Shown one piece after another: positions 63,448 to 64,000 of a stretch of DNA of 64,000 nt. Each line of letters starts with the position of its first letter. Position 1 is the stretch's first letter. Made by a program: the position numbers and the translations under genes. The notes beneath the pieces were generated by a model that had not been told where the DNA came from, ran no database searches, and saw only the letters and a list, made by a program, of their open reading frames with translations. Source of the DNA: Macrostomum lignano (taxonomy: Eukaryota); contig NIVC01000056.1 of NCBI GenBank assembly GCA_002269645.1, forward strand, positions 1,173,370 through 1,237,369. Direction: 5' to 3'.

Positions 63448-63588
63448 ATGCCAGCCAAGCAGAACCAGCAGCAGGGAGCCGGCAAGCAGCAGGCAGCCGA
63501 TGCCAACAAGGACGCCAAGCAGCAAAAGCAGCAGCAACAACAACAGCAGGCTGGTGGCGCTGCCGCCAAGGCCGGTCAGAAGAAGTGA
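63448..63588 (+). CDS. Micropeptide A copy 12
   Basis: Same as copy 1. Confidence 0.75.
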   Translation: MPAKQNQQQGAGKQQAADANKDAKQQKQQQQQQQAGGAAAKAGQKK

Positions 63589-64000
63589 TGCGATTTCAGA
63601 GAGATCAATTGTTAGGTGTGCTCTGCACCGCATGACAGCCAGGCCTACTATTGGCGTGACTGAGTGGAACTCTGAGCTCTCTCTATACCTGTACAGTATA
63701 CTATAATCTGTCCGCATTAGCGTATCGTCTTTGTTAGGGCTAAAGAGTCGCTGCATCCAGCTCTGAAACTGCAATTAGGTTACTTACTGTATTCTGTACT
63801 GTACTAACCTTACTCACGTGCTGACGAAAGCTTATAGTTGTAAATTGATCCTTTGAAAAAAGTTGTTTGATTGTAGAATAATTACAGTAGCATTTCCTAA
63901 TTACATATTGGACAGTATTTTTAAAGCAAGCAGGTGTTTTCGGCTCTCGTTCTTTAAATGCTCTCTGTTTCCCTATATGCTTAGGAGTTTTGTGTTAGAT

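Larger units (their letters stand above)
42475..64000 (+). repeat. Head-to-tail tandem array of a 1877-bp unit, ~11.5 copies, open at the window end
   Basis: Identical ORF sets recur every 1877 bp (42740, 44617, 46494...). One unit is 1875 bp (2-bp deletion near 55584). The first ~70 bp carry 3 substitutions. Confidence 0.98.

Noticed and set aside
63980-63992. 1-bp deletion (ttaggagtttt) in the last partial unit
   Set aside because: A single event at the window edge; cannot be told apart from a sequencing error.

Overview
Eukaryotic (animal) genomic DNA with GC-rich, intron-containing genes in very AT-rich intergenic sequence. The style (minisatellite-filled introns, a splice acceptor just before each ATG) suggests a free-living flatworm such as Macrostomum, but this is inference only. 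From left to right: (1) 1-8000 is AT-rich, with hairpins/MITE relics and a decayed ~1.3-kb endogenous viral element from the L (RdRp) gene of a non-segmented negative-strand RNA virus (minus strand, ~5390-6720). No single ORF in the track shows it because of frameshifts and stops. (2) A complete 12-exon SPT6 gene (8077-20903, 1694 aa) and a 4-exon branched-chain aminotransferase gene (24463-27874, 413 aa); 13 of their 14 introns carry a tandem repeat, a different one in each. (3) 28-40 kb is intergenic, with several hAT-type non-autonomous elements, some with target-site duplications. (4) TMA7 (40031-40225). (5) From 42475 to the window end, a near-perfect head-to-tail array of a 1877-bp unit (~11.5 copies). 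Each unit carries two paralogous, uninterrupted micro-ORFs encoding 46-aa and 41-aa basic, Ala/Lys/Gln-rich peptides (MPAK...AADANKDA.KQQ...AAAK.G.KK) that I do not recognise; the 41-aa one is below the ORF-track cutoff. The amplified micropeptide pair and the viral L-gene fossil are the strongest novelty candidates. All calls come from manual reading; no database search was run.
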